Source of the DNA: Verrucomicrobiales bacterium | GTDB taxonomy: Bacteria > Verrucomicrobiota > Verrucomicrobiia > Limisphaerales > UBA9464 | Length of the DNA stretch: 64,000 bases | Direction of reading: 5' to 3' | NCBI GenBank assembly: GCA_027489875.1 | Contig: JAIXZE010000083.1 | Location: 6,740-70,739 of the forward strand | Shown here: piece by piece, positions 9,153 to 18,686 of the stretch | How positions within the stretch are numbered: the stretch's first letter is position 1 | Layout of the letters: every line of letters starts with the position of its first letter | Program-made: the position numbers and the translations under genes | The notes under the pieces: generated by a model | What the model was told of the DNA's origin: nothing | The model's input: the letters and a program-made list of their open reading frames with translations, nothing else | Databases searched by the model: none

Positions 9153-9572
9153 ATGAGACGCTTTTCGCAAAGGAACCACCTGGTGACGTTGAACGAGATC
9201 AACATCACGCCGCTCCTCGATCTGGCGTTCGTGTTGCTCATCATCTTCGTCATCACCACGCCGCTCCTGGAACAGAGCATTCCCCTCAAACTTCCCGTGG
9301 GAGGTGCGGCCCGGACGCAGGGCGACCCCAAGGACGCCGTCTCGGTCGAGGTGTCCACCGATGGCGTCTACTACTTCCGGGGACGGAAGGTGGGCACGGT
9401 GGAAGCCCTCGAACGGGAATTGCGCGAGGAGTATCGCAGGAACCCGGAGATGATCGTCCGGATCCGCGCCGATCGGGAGGGCAAGTTCCGCTTCCCAGCC
9501 GAGATTCTCGATGTCTGCCGACGCAACGGAATCACGCGTTTCGACATCGCTACGGAGGTTCCGCGCCGATGA
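9153..9572 (+). CDS. tolR: ExbD/TolR biopolymer transport protein
   Basis: EINITPLLDLAFVLLIIFVITTP signature. ATG at 9153 (ORF-track start 9126 is GTG). Stop overlaps the tolA ATG (ATGA at 9569-9572). Confidence 0.85.
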   Translation: MRRFSQRNHLVTLNEINITPLLDLAFVLLIIFVITTPLLEQSIPLKLPVGGAARTQGDPKDAVSVEVSTDGVYYFRGRKVGTVEALERELREEYRRNPEMIVRIRADREGKFRFPAEILDVCRRNGITRFDIATEVPRR

Positions 9573-10531
9573 TCACCTTGGAGCAACGCTGTTTCGCGAC
9601 CTCAGCAGTGGCCCATGCCGCTGTCGTGGGGTTGCTTGCCGCGGCTTCATTGATCGCGTCGCGTCGTGCATTCACTGAGCCTCAGGCCTTGCCCCCCATC
9701 GAGTTGATCAGTCTCGAAGGCGTGAAGATCACGGATGGTCAAGGCGCAGGCGGCGGAACCCCGGCACCTCGCCCAACACCACCTACCCCCAGACCAACGG
9801 CACCTCCGGTCCCTCCCCCCACAGCGCCGCCGCAGCCCGAGGTGCGCGTGGTCCGAACGCCGACCACACCGACGCGGCCAGTGGATAAGCCGGTCGACAA
9901 GCCCATAGACAAGCCGGTCGACAAACCGGCCAAGTCGGATGCCGGGATCAAGGTTTCCTCGATGTTGGTAAAGGCCCAGGACACGGACACGGCCGTGAAG
10001 GGTGGGCCCAAGGTGAACACCAGCCGTGCCGTGAAGGTCGCTGCCGCGCCCAAGGGACCCACGGCAGCGGAGATCGCCGCAGAAGAGGCTGCCGCAGAAC
10101 TTGCGAATCAGCAGGCTCGGGAAAAGGCCAGCAAGGAGGCGGCTGAGCGCTGGAAAAGCGCCGTGGGAGGCATCCGCAGCCAGCTTGCCCAGGGTTTGTC
10201 CGGCCAGACAGAGATCTCTGTCCCCGGGCCTGGTGGCGGCGGTGAGGTCTGGATCGGGTACGGTACTTACCTCAAATCATTCTACGAGGCACGATGGCGG
10301 CGTCCCAGTTCGCTGCCGGTGCCCGTGGCGTACGTCGGAGTCGCGATCACAGTCGCGCGGGACGGGCGTCTGGTTCGGTTCGAATTGCTGGAGAAATCCG
10401 GGATCAAGTCACTCGATGACTCTGTCCTGGAGGTGATCCAACGGTATCGAACCCTGGAACGTCTGCCGGCCGGATCCACCGATCCCGAGCGTACATTCCG
10501 AATCAAGTTCAGACTCGAAGGGACCCAATGA
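9569..10531 (+). CDS. tolA: TolA/TonB-like energy transducer (N-terminal TM, Pro-rich linker, TonB_C-like domain)
   Basis: TM anchor, PAPRPTPPTPRPTAPPVPPPTAPP linker and a C-terminal beta-rich domain. Operon position is between tolR and tolB, with ATGA overlaps on both sides. Confidence 0.75.
   Translation: MITLEQRCFATSAVAHAAVVGLLAAASLIASRRAFTEPQALPPIELISLEGVKITDGQGAGGGTPAPRPTPPTPRPTAPPVPPPTAPPQPEVRVVRTPTTPTRPVDKPVDKPIDKPVDKPAKSDAGIKVSSMLVKAQDTDTAVKGGPKVNTSRAVKVAAAPKGPTAAEIAAEEAAAELANQQAREKASKEAAERWKSAVGGIRSQLAQGLSGQTEISVPGPGGGGEVWIGYGTYLKSFYEARWRRPSSLPVPVAYVGVAITVARDGRLVRFELLEKSGIKSLDDSVLEVIQRYRTLERLPAGSTDPERTFRIKFRLEGTQ
9881..9928 (+). repeat. 4 x 12-bp in-frame tandem repeat encoding (V/I)DKP inside tolA
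   Basis: gtggataagccg / gtcgacaagccc / atagacaagccg / gtcgacaaaccg read directly from the sequence. Confidence 0.8.
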
Positions 10532-11721
10532 TCCGTTTCTCAAACCGTCGCCGGGGCTTCATGGCCGCCCTGGCCGCGGTGCTTTTCACATGCCATGGCT
10601 GGGCGCAGGAGGCGGCCATTGTCATCGACGACAAGGTTGCAGGGCTGATCCCGATTTCCATCAGCGGGTACACCGGAGAGGTGGACCAGACGTTGAAGTT
10701 TGACCTCGAGGTGGCGGGATTCTCCCTGGTTTCGGAGGACAAGGCGCGCTTCATCCTGACGGGCAAGAACGGCACCCAGGTGGAAGGAACCCTTCAGGAC
10801 ACCTCCAAACGTTCCATCCTGGCGCGGGCTTATCCCGGTGGAACGCCGCGGTTGCAGGCGCACACCCTCGCCGACGACGTGGTTCAGGCAGTGACAGGTC
10901 GTCCCGGTATCGCCCGCTCCAAAATCGCCTTCAAGCACGAGACCGGTCAGCGGAACGGCAACAACGAGATGGTCTCCGAGATCTTCGTGGCGGATTACGA
11001 CGGTGCCAACGCGTTCCAACTCACCCAGGATGGGACCATCGCGCGCTCGCCCGCGTGGCAGCCTGGGCATCGCACCCTGTTCTACACGAGCTTCCGTCCC
11101 GGACGGCCGTGTATCTATTCCCACGACCTCGCCAGTGGTGCCCGCAGCCCGATCTCCAATTTCAACGGAATGAATGACGGCGCCGCCGTTTCCCCCGATG
11201 GAACGAAGATGGCCATGGTTCTGAGCAAGGGCGGGAGTCCCGATATCTGGGTAGGCAATGTGGATGGATCGGGTTTGCGTCAGTTGACCTCCACCCGCGA
11301 GGCGGAGTCCTCTCCTTGCTGGTCCCCGGACGGTCGGACGCTGTGCTTCTCGTCCAGCGAAGGCGGGGGCACCCGTCTTCAGTTGGTCGACCTCAACGGC
11401 GGCCGCATGCGGCCGCTGTCGATTGGTGGCTTGAGGGGCGCAACCGAACCGGACTGGTCTCCGGACGGAAAGTGGATTGCCTTCACCCGCATGGGAGGCG
11501 GCAAGAACTTCGAATTGTACCGAGTGGCGGCAGCGGGTGGCGTTGCCGAAAGGATTGGGGAGGGCGAGGACCCCAGTTGGGCTCCGAATTCGCGCACGCT
11601 GGCCGTGATTCGTCGACAAGGCAACGTCCGGAAGCTCTCCCTGCTTGACGCGTTCACGCGGCAGGCAAAGGATGTGAGGACGATTTCGGGGAGTTGCGGC
11701 CAGCCCAGTTGGGCCAAATGA
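10528..11721 (+). CDS. tolB: TolB-like periplasmic beta-propeller protein
   Basis: Signal peptide, N-terminal TolB-type domain and repeated P.WSPDG blades (SPDGTKMA, WSPDGRTL, WSPDGKWIAF). ATGA overlap with tolA. Confidence 0.85.
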   Translation: MIRFSNRRRGFMAALAAVLFTCHGWAQEAAIVIDDKVAGLIPISISGYTGEVDQTLKFDLEVAGFSLVSEDKARFILTGKNGTQVEGTLQDTSKRSILARAYPGGTPRLQAHTLADDVVQAVTGRPGIARSKIAFKHETGQRNGNNEMVSEIFVADYDGANAFQLTQDGTIARSPAWQPGHRTLFYTSFRPGRPCIYSHDLASGARSPISNFNGMNDGAAVSPDGTKMAMVLSKGGSPDIWVGNVDGSGLRQLTSTREAESSPCWSPDGRTLCFSSSEGGGTRLQLVDLNGGRMRPLSIGGLRGATEPDWSPDGKWIAFTRMGGGKNFELYRVAAAGGVAERIGEGEDPSWAPNSRTLAVIRRQGNVRKLSLLDAFTRQAKDVRTISGSCGQPSWAK

Positions 11722-11734
11722 CTCTCCACCCGCG

Positions 11735-12457
11735 ATGCAGCACACTATGAAGCGACTCCTCCATGTCGGTTTCCTTGGCTTGCTTGCCGCACTGGCACTG
11801 GCCAGTTCCGGCTGCAAGTCCCGTCCCAAGAACATCACCGCCATCCCCGGTTCCGAGGGACGCGGCGGCACTTCCACTGACCTGACCCAAGGCAATCCCT
11901 TGCCCCCGACGGTCGGTGGCGGCAACACCGGTGGTTCCTCAACAGGTGTTCCAACGCCCGGGCCGCGGTACAACCCAAACACCGGCGGAACCGGCATTGA
12001 CCTGCCTCCGGTCACCAATCCGGGACCTGGCCCTGACAGCGACGGAAACACCGCGCTTCCTCCTGGAAACATTCGTGATGGAATGCGCGAAGATACCGAA
12101 ATGTTCCGCGGAAACACGGTCTACTTTGATTACGACAAGTCGGCGGTGAAGAAATCCGAGGTCGCCAAGCTCGCAGCCGTTGCTGAGTACCTCAAGGCCA
12201 ACCCCAACTCAAAGCTGGAGGTCGCCGGGCACTGCGACGAGCGCGGCACCGAAGGTTACAATTTGGCCTTGGGTGAACGCCGGGCGCTTTCGATCCGTGA
12301 GTCCCTCCTCAACATGGGGGTCTCTTCCGCCAATGTCACCACCGTCAGCTTCGGTGAGGCCCGGCCCGCGGATCCCGCCCAGAACGATTCAGCCTATGCC
12401 AAGAATCGTCGCGGCGAGTTCATCCTCCTGACGCCCATCGCCGCTCCGGTTCGCTGA
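11735..12457 (+). CDS. pal: peptidoglycan-associated lipoprotein (OmpA-family C-terminal domain)
   Basis: Lipobox LASSGC, Gly/Pro-rich linker and OmpA_C signature VYFDYDKS...GHCDERGTEGYNLALGERRA...NRRGEF. Confidence 0.85.
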   Translation: MQHTMKRLLHVGFLGLLAALALASSGCKSRPKNITAIPGSEGRGGTSTDLTQGNPLPPTVGGGNTGGSSTGVPTPGPRYNPNTGGTGIDLPPVTNPGPGPDSDGNTALPPGNIRDGMREDTEMFRGNTVYFDYDKSAVKKSEVAKLAAVAEYLKANPNSKLEVAGHCDERGTEGYNLALGERRALSIRESLLNMGVSSANVTTVSFGEARPADPAQNDSAYAKNRRGEFILLTPIAAPVR

Positions 12458-12478
12458 ACAAACCTGCTTAACCTCTCA

Positions 12479-12519
12479 AGCGCCCCGGAAGCCGTGAGGT
12501 TTCCCGGGCGCTGTTTTTG
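12479..12519 (+). terminator. intrinsic terminator after pal
   Basis: agcgccccgg (12479-12488) pairs with cccgggcgct (12503-12512): 9 bp with 1 mismatch. Followed by gtttttgtgggttttt. Confidence 0.65.
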
Positions 12520-12646
12520 TGGGTTTTTGCACCTTTACCGGGAACCGGCGGGATTCTAGTCTGTATCCATAACGAAATAGTGGCCGCGGGGATCGGGGTG
12601 GGCATCGGGCCTGTCCAAGGCGGTCAGCAAAACGAAAAGGCTCTCT

Positions 12647-12895
12647 ATGACACTTTCCATGGTCGGCATGCTCGGTACGACCGAGATCATCATCATCGCA
12701 GTTGTGGTTCTGGTCCTGTTTGGCGCACGCAAGGTTCCCGAACTCATGAAGGGCGTCGGCACCGGCATCAAGGAGTTCAAGAAGGCTTCTCGTGACGTGC
12801 AAGACGAACTTCATCGCGCCTCGGAAGAACCCTCCCCGACGCTGCAGCCCCGCAAGCCGAGCGAGACCGTTTCCCAGAACAGCAACAAGAGCTGA
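12647..12895 (+). CDS. tatA: twin-arginine translocase subunit TatA/E
   Basis: [38 protein letters not shown] is the TatA TM plus amphipathic helix signature. The true start could be an internal ATG (12659 or 12668). Confidence 0.85.
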   Translation: MTLSMVGMLGTTEIIIIAVVVLVLFGARKVPELMKGVGTGIKEFKKASRDVQDELHRASEEPSPTLQPRKPSETVSQNSNKS

Positions 12896-12921
12896 GTCTG
12901 CTGGAGGAATGTGGATCTTGC

Positions 12922-12950
12922 GGCCCGGAGGATCTTCCGGGCCCTTTGTG
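12922..12950 (+). terminator. intercistronic hairpin with a weak T-tract between tatA and tatC (possible partial terminator)
   Basis: ggcccgga (12922-12929) pairs perfectly with tccgggcc (12936-12943), then ctttgtg. Confidence 0.4.
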
Positions 12951-13001
12951 CTGTCCTGAAGACCGCAAATCAGCGGTCTGCCCCAATGGAGTTTACGAGG
13001 A

Positions 13002-14018
13002 ATGTCTGACGAGTCCGATCATCTTCCGGTCATGGCTGATGGCGACCCCACCGATGAAGAAGGGGGCGGCCCGGTTAAGTCGTTCCTTGAGCATCTGGAA
13101 GATCTTCGCTGGACGCTCATCCGTTGCGCCATCGCGATCTTCCTTGGCGTCATCACTTGCCTCAGTGCAGGCAATTTCATCATCCGGGTCCTCACCATTC
13201 CGCTCGAGACGGCCCAGAAGGCCCGGATTTCAAAGGAGCCCAAGGTGATCGTCACCATCGGGACGAACCTTTTGGCCCGTTTGCCTGCCAAGCAGTTCAT
13301 GCTCGGCAATTCCCCGGTCACCAACGACGTGGTGTATCGGGTGATGCCCGTCCAGATCGGGGACAACTCGGTCATGGCGTTGGTGGCAGATACCAATCCA
13401 CCTCCATCGGTTCTCTACGACATGCCGATGACCCTCAAGACCTACAGTCCCGGGGGTGGATTCACGATCGCCGTCCAGTTGGCGATCTTCGGCGGCCTCA
13501 CCATTTCTGCGCCTTTCGTGCTGTTCTTCCTGGGCCAGTTCATCCTTCCGGCGATGCACGTGCATGAGAAGAAGTTCCTCTATCGCGTGGCTGGTGCAGG
13601 CTCCTTCCTTTTCTTTGCGGGTATCGCCTTCTGCTATTTTGTGATGCTGCCCATCACCCTCAGCACGACTGCCGCCTTTTCCAATTGGCTCGGTTTCGGG
13701 GCTGATGAGTGGAGGGCTGACGAGTTCATCAGTTTCTGTTGCTGGTTCCTTCTGGGCATGGGGCTGAGTTTTCAGTTGCCGCTTGTGCTGCTTTCCATGG
13801 TGAAGATCGGCCTTCTCGACGTCGCCGCACTGTCCAAGTATCGGGCTTACTTCTACGTGGGAATCCTGATCGTCGCCGGTTTCGTGACGCCCGACGGCAA
13901 CCCGCTCACCATGATGCTGATGGCGGCTCCCCTCATGTTCCTGTACGAGATCAGCGTGGTCATCGCCTGGTTCTGGTCACGCCAGGAACGCAAGGATCCG
14001 GAAATCACGGAGGTTTGA
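13002..14018 (+). CDS. tatC: twin-arginine translocase subunit TatC
   Basis: FLEHLEDLRWTLIRC start motif and six TM segments. Longer than usual periplasmic loop after TM1. Confidence 0.9.
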   Translation: MSDESDHLPVMADGDPTDEEGGGPVKSFLEHLEDLRWTLIRCAIAIFLGVITCLSAGNFIIRVLTIPLETAQKARISKEPKVIVTIGTNLLARLPAKQFMLGNSPVTNDVVYRVMPVQIGDNSVMALVADTNPPPSVLYDMPMTLKTYSPGGGFTIAVQLAIFGGLTISAPFVLFFLGQFILPAMHVHEKKFLYRVAGAGSFLFFAGIAFCYFVMLPITLSTTAAFSNWLGFGADEWRADEFISFCCWFLLGMGLSFQLPLVLLSMVKIGLLDVAALSKYRAYFYVGILIVAGFVTPDGNPLTMMLMAAPLMFLYEISVVIAWFWSRQERKDPEITEV

Positions 14019-14080
14019 TGCCTGACATCGAGGTGAGGCGATTCGTTGCCGCCTGAGGGATTCGATCCTAGGCTTTGCTC

Positions 14081-14470
14081 ATGGAAAAACTCCGCAGCTA
14101 TTCACGAGGGATATGGTTTCGTGCCATGCTGGGGTTGCTCTTGGGATGCCTCGTCGGTGGTTGCGCCACCACCTCACGCACCGATTGGCCCGCACGGATC
14201 GGGCAGTATTCCTATGATGACTCGGTGAAGGAGTATGGGCCCCCGCTGCGCAAGGAAAGCACCACGGATGGAACCGTCGTTGCGGAATGGTTGATGCACC
14301 GGGGGCAGGTCTATTCGACGCCAACCCCTGCCTTTGGCTTGGGCTACTGGGGCCGGTGGGGATGGGCAGGCGGTGGGGCCGTGAGCGTGAACAGCACCCC
14401 AGACCAATACCTCCAGCTGCAATTTGGGCCTGACGGCCGGCTGACAACGTGGAAGCGTGTCTACAAATGA
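14081..14470 (+). CDS. hypothetical lipoprotein
   Basis: Lipobox LVGGCATT. First ATG at 14081 (ORF-track start 14075 is TTG). Stop overlaps the ftsB ATG. Confidence 0.55.
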   Translation: MEKLRSYSRGIWFRAMLGLLLGCLVGGCATTSRTDWPARIGQYSYDDSVKEYGPPLRKESTTDGTVVAEWLMHRGQVYSTPTPAFGLGYWGRWGWAGGGAVSVNSTPDQYLQLQFGPDGRLTTWKRVYK

Positions 14471-14805
14471 ATGGATCTTCCGTCGCTGACTCCCAGGTGA
14501 ATGTGGGCGTTTTTGGATGGCTGAACCGTTTGATGCTCGGGCTCATCGTTTTGGCGCTCATCGCCATGATCGTCCTCAAGTACCTTCCCCTCATCCGGAA
14601 GAATGAGTCGATGAGCCGGGATCTCCAGTCGCGGAGGGACGAGGTTCAACGGATGGAGACTCAGGTCAGCCGGAATCAGGCCCGGATCGAAGCTCTCCGC
14701 TCCGATCCTCGCACCATCGAGCGGGAGGCTCGCGAGCAACTCGGCTTGGCTCGTCCCGACGAAAACGTGGTGACATTTCAGACCCCCGATGCGAAGCCCC
14801 GGTAA
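14467..14805 (+). CDS. ftsB: septum formation initiator family protein (FtsB/DivIC-like)
   Basis: Single TM followed by a coiled coil, plus the C-terminal IEREAREQLGLARPDE motif typical of FtsB. ATG 14467 overlaps the upstream stop (ATGA). Confidence 0.75.
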   Translation: MNGSSVADSQVNVGVFGWLNRLMLGLIVLALIAMIVLKYLPLIRKNESMSRDLQSRRDEVQRMETQVSRNQARIEALRSDPRTIEREAREQLGLARPDENVVTFQTPDAKPR

Positions 14806-14835
14806 GGGCAAAGCATCGGAACGGTTCCCGTGGAG

Positions 14836-17604
14836 TCAGCGTTTTCCCATCCGAAGTCGGATGAGTTTCTCCAGTTCAACCGCGGCAAACGCCACAAGAG
14901 CCACTCCACCAATATGCAGCCATGTCACGGCTGGAATGGGTGCTGTGTGGAAAAGCTTGTTCATCACCGGCACGTAGGTGAGCGCCAGCTGGGCCAGACT
15001 CATGGCCAGAATTCCAGCCGGCACCCATCGGTTGGAAAACGGGTTCATGAGCAGTCCCGATTTCAGAAGGGATCTACAGGACCACAGATAGCCGATCTCG
15101 ACGGCGACAATGACGTTGACCACAGCAGTGCGGGCAACAGCAACGTCCAGGCCGGCGACGGTTGTCTCGTGATGGAAGAGCCAGAAAGCCCCCAATCCGA
15201 TGATCAGTGACACAAGACCTGTCCGCATCACCAACTCGAAGGTCAGCAAGGGTTGGCGATGATCCCTCGGAGGCCGATCCATGATTCCTGACTCCCGGGG
15301 CTCGAAAACCAGCGTCAATCCCAACAGGATGGCCGTCATCATGTTGATCCAAAGCAATTGGACCGGAAGGATTGGAAGCTGGGTGCCGAGCAGGATCGCC
15401 GCCAGCAGGACGACGGACTCGCCGACGTTGGTCGGCAGTGTCCAGACGATGAACTTGGTCAGGTTGTCAAAGACACCGCGGCCTTCCTCCACAGCAGCCT
15501 CGATGGACGCAAAGTTGTCATCGGTCAGGATCATGGCCGCAGCACTCTTCGCGATTTCAGTCCCTCCGCGTCCCATGGCGACACCGATGTCCGCATGGCG
15601 AAGTGCAGGGGCGTCGTTCACGCCATCGCCGGTCATCGCCACCACATGACCTCTGGATTGGAGGGCGCGAACCAGCCGGAGCTTTTGCTCCGGGGCAACC
15701 CGAGCGAAAACGGAGGTTTGTTCCGACACCTCCGGGAGTTCTTCATCGGTGACCGCCGCCAGTTCAGCTCCAGTGATGGCCATCAGCGGTTGATTGGCTT
15801 TAGGGCCCTGGATTCCGATCTGTGAGGCAATCGCCCGCGCGGTGGCAAGATGGTCGCCAGTGATCATCTTGACCCGGATCCCTGCCGCCTGGCATCGCCG
15901 GACTGCCTCGATGGCTTCGGCTCGGGGTGGATCCATCATCCCCTGCAGTCCAAGGAAGGTCAGGCCGTGAGCGACGTGGGAATGCTCAAGCTGGCGGTGA
16001 TTGGATTCCACATGCCGGCGGAAACACCCGATGACACGCAGTCCTCGGGAGGCCATTCCCTCCACGACACGCAGAATGGCCTGGGAGTCGATCGGTACAG
16101 GAGCGCCGTCCGGGCCCAAAGCCTCCGTGCAACGACCGATGAGTCTCTCCACGGCCCCTACCTGATAAATGATCCGTCCTCCCTCACGATCGTGGAGAGT
16201 TGCACGGAACATATGCTCCGATTCGAAGGGGATGACATCGATTCTTGGTGCCTCATGAGCAGAAGCCTGTGCAGAGAGTCCTCCCTTGAAGGCAGCAACC
16301 AGAAGCGCCGATTCCGTGGGGTCTCCCGAAAGGTTCAATTGGCCTCCGTCCAGTTGAAGCCCTGCATCATTGCAAAGCATTCCTGCTCGCAGGCATTCGA
16401 CCAGCGCTGGGTGTTCGTTCGGCGCAAAAGGCGAACCGCCAAAGTGAATGATCCCGTTCGCATCCGATCCCGATCCGGTCACCGAATACATCCTCCCACC
16501 GGCGACAATCTCCTGAACTGTCATTCGGTTTTCCGTCAACGTCCCTGTCTTGTCAGAACAGATCACCGTGGTGCTTCCCAGAGTCTCGACTGCGGGCAAT
16601 CGGCGGATCAGCGCGCGACGCCGGGCCATTCGCGATACGCCGATCGCGAGGACGATGGTTACTGCGGCAGGCAATCCTTCCGGAATCGCGCCAACCGCGA
16701 GCGCGACCGCGGCGAGAAAGACCTCGGCCGGTGGTTCGCCTCGGACGACTCCAATGCCAAAGGTGATCGTCGCCAGTGCCAGAATCGCCCAGAGAAGTAT
16801 CTTCGAGAATTGGGCGATCTTGAGCGTCAGCGGTGTAGATAGGTCGGAATCCTGAGCCACCAGCCAGGCGATCCTGCCTGTTTCAGTATGGTCGCCTGTC
16901 GCCCAGACGATGCCTTCCCCTCGGCCCGCAAGGACGTGGGTGCCCGCGTAAGCAACATTTCGCCTGTCGGCCAGGACAGTTTCACGGCCCAAGGCATCCG
17001 CAGTCTTGAAAACAGGTTGCGACTCCCCCGTGAGGCTGGATTCGTCAATCTGCAAGTGCCTGGCTTCGAACAGTCTCGTATCCGCTGGTACTTGGTCTCC
17101 GGCCTCGAGAATCACGATGTCGCCCGGAACCACCTCGTGCGTTGGAATACTGTGTGTGGCTCCATCGCGCCGAACCCTCGTAAAGGCTGGGCTCAACGAG
17201 GCGAGCGCGTCGATGGCCTGCGCCGCTTTCGATTCCTGCAGGAATCCGACGATGGCGTTGATCACCACAACTCCTGCGATGACGCCGGAATCAACCCATT
17301 CCCCAAGCCAACCCGTGACGATGCTGGCCACCAGGAGGATGTATACGAGAGGTTGATGGAACTGCTGGGCGAACCGGAGGAGAACTCCTTGCGTTCGTTT
17401 CGGGGTGATCTTGTTTGGGCCAAATCTGGAGAGTCGCTGCCGCGCCTCGGATGCTGGAAGCCCAGAATGCGGATCCGAGCCGAGGATCCTCAAAGCCTCG
17501 GATGCAGGGAGGTGATGCCACTCATGGGATCCACCAACCTGAGCAGGCGAGCGGGAAGTCTCTCCTCTTGGTTTGCTAAGCGGTGTGTCTGCATTTGTTG
17601 ACAT
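14836..17604 (-). CDS. cation-transporting P-type ATPase (P2-type, Ca2+/cation-like)
   Basis: DKTGTLT phosphorylation site, IPEGLPA, TGES, MITGDH and GDGVNDAPAL motifs with 10 predicted TM. Start ambiguous between ATG 17604 (chosen) and ATG 17706. Confidence 0.9.
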   Translation of the reverse strand: MSTNADTPLSKPRGETSRSPAQVGGSHEWHHLPASEALRILGSDPHSGLPASEARQRLSRFGPNKITPKRTQGVLLRFAQQFHQPLVYILLVASIVTGWLGEWVDSGVIAGVVVINAIVGFLQESKAAQAIDALASLSPAFTRVRRDGATHSIPTHEVVPGDIVILEAGDQVPADTRLFEARHLQIDESSLTGESQPVFKTADALGRETVLADRRNVAYAGTHVLAGRGEGIVWATGDHTETGRIAWLVAQDSDLSTPLTLKIAQFSKILLWAILALATITFGIGVVRGEPPAEVFLAAVALAVGAIPEGLPAAVTIVLAIGVSRMARRRALIRRLPAVETLGSTTVICSDKTGTLTENRMTVQEIVAGGRMYSVTGSGSDANGIIHFGGSPFAPNEHPALVECLRAGMLCNDAGLQLDGGQLNLSGDPTESALLVAAFKGGLSAQASAHEAPRIDVIPFESEHMFRATLHDREGGRIIYQVGAVERLIGRCTEALGPDGAPVPIDSQAILRVVEGMASRGLRVIGCFRRHVESNHRQLEHSHVAHGLTFLGLQGMMDPPRAEAIEAVRRCQAAGIRVKMITGDHLATARAIASQIGIQGPKANQPLMAITGAELAAVTDEELPEVSEQTSVFARVAPEQKLRLVRALQSRGHVVAMTGDGVNDAPALRHADIGVAMGRGGTEIAKSAAAMILTDDNFASIEAAVEEGRGVFDNLTKFIVWTLPTNVGESVVLLAAILLGTQLPILPVQLLWINMMTAILLGLTLVFEPRESGIMDRPPRDHRQPLLTFELVMRTGLVSLIIGLGAFWLFHHETTVAGLDVAVARTAVVNVIVAVEIGYLWSCRSLLKSGLLMNPFSNRWVPAGILAMSLAQLALTYVPVMNKLFHTAPIPAVTWLHIGGVALVAFAAVELEKLIRLRMGKR

Positions 17605-17786
17605 CGCTAGGATCAACCTAGCCACGGAGCAAGAATGCGGAATGGCGTTTGTTGCCCGATGCTGCACCGGTTTGGATCGCCGTCCACGGTGGGATTCTCC
17701 GGACATGGACGGACTTGTCTTGGTTCCCTTCCAACTGTGGACGGATCCGGCTTTCGTCCCGTGTTTCCACAGAGCACGCTGAGTTG

Positions 17787-18686
17787 ATGCAAGCGGATGC
17801 GGATTTGCTGAAGGAAGTTTCCTTGTTCCAGTTCCTGGACGAGCGCGAGCGTGCGGATTTGGCGGCTCAACTGGAGGTGGTTTCCTTGCGGGAGGGAGAA
17901 GTCCTCTTCCAGATCGGAGAGCCAGGGGACGCCCTGTTCGTCATCAGATCCGGCGAGGCTGAGGTGTTTTTCAAGAACGACACCGGAGAACGATTGGTGC
18001 TGGAAGTAGTGACCGCCGGTGACTTTGTTGGGGAATTGTCCCTGCTCGACCGCGGAAGCCGCAGCGCCACCGTCGTGGCCACGAAGCCCACGGAAGCACT
18101 CAGGCTGGATCGTGAAGGGCTCGAACAATTCCTCATGGTCCGCCCTCAGGCCGCAATGGATCTTCTGGCGGCGATGGGACGTCGGCTGCGCGTCAGCGCA
18201 GATCGGTTGCGACACACCGCATCGAGAAATGTCAACGAAGAGGTGGAGGATCATCGATCCATCGTCCAGAAGGCTGCGGACTGGATCGCCGAGTTCGCTG
18301 GCAGCATTTCATTCCTCATGATCCATGTCGCCTGGTTTGGATCCTGGCTTCTTGTGAACTCGGTCAAGTTCCCAGGTATTCCGCAGTTCGATCCGTTTCC
18401 GTTCGGATTGCTCACCCTGACGGTCAGTTTGGAAGCCATCTTCTTGTCCGTCTTCGTCCTCCTGAGCCAGAACCGTCAGGCGGCCAAGGAGCATGTCCGT
18501 TCGGACATCGAATATGAGGTCAATCTCAAGGCCGAACTGGAGATCGCACACCTCCATGAGAAAATGGACCGGTTGACCGCAGATGTCCTCCTCAGGATGG
18601 ATCGAATCCAACGGTCCATCGATCAGCGGGAGGGATCAGGGCAGGGAGGCCGGAATCGTCAATCAACCGACTTGACCCAGTCGTAG
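17787..18686 (+). CDS. cyclic nucleotide-binding domain protein fused to a DUF1003 membrane domain
   Basis: cNMP-binding fold (FQIGEPGDALFVIRSGEAEV...GELSLLD...RSATVVA) followed by two TM helices and the DUF1003-type QNRQA...D.EYEVNLKAE.EI motif. ATG at 17787. Confidence 0.8.
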   Translation: MQADADLLKEVSLFQFLDERERADLAAQLEVVSLREGEVLFQIGEPGDALFVIRSGEAEVFFKNDTGERLVLEVVTAGDFVGELSLLDRGSRSATVVATKPTEALRLDREGLEQFLMVRPQAAMDLLAAMGRRLRVSADRLRHTASRNVNEEVEDHRSIVQKAADWIAEFAGSISFLMIHVAWFGSWLLVNSVKFPGIPQFDPFPFGLLTLTVSLEAIFLSVFVLLSQNRQAAKEHVRSDIEYEVNLKAELEIAHLHEKMDRLTADVLLRMDRIQRSIDQREGSGQGGRNRQSTDLTQS

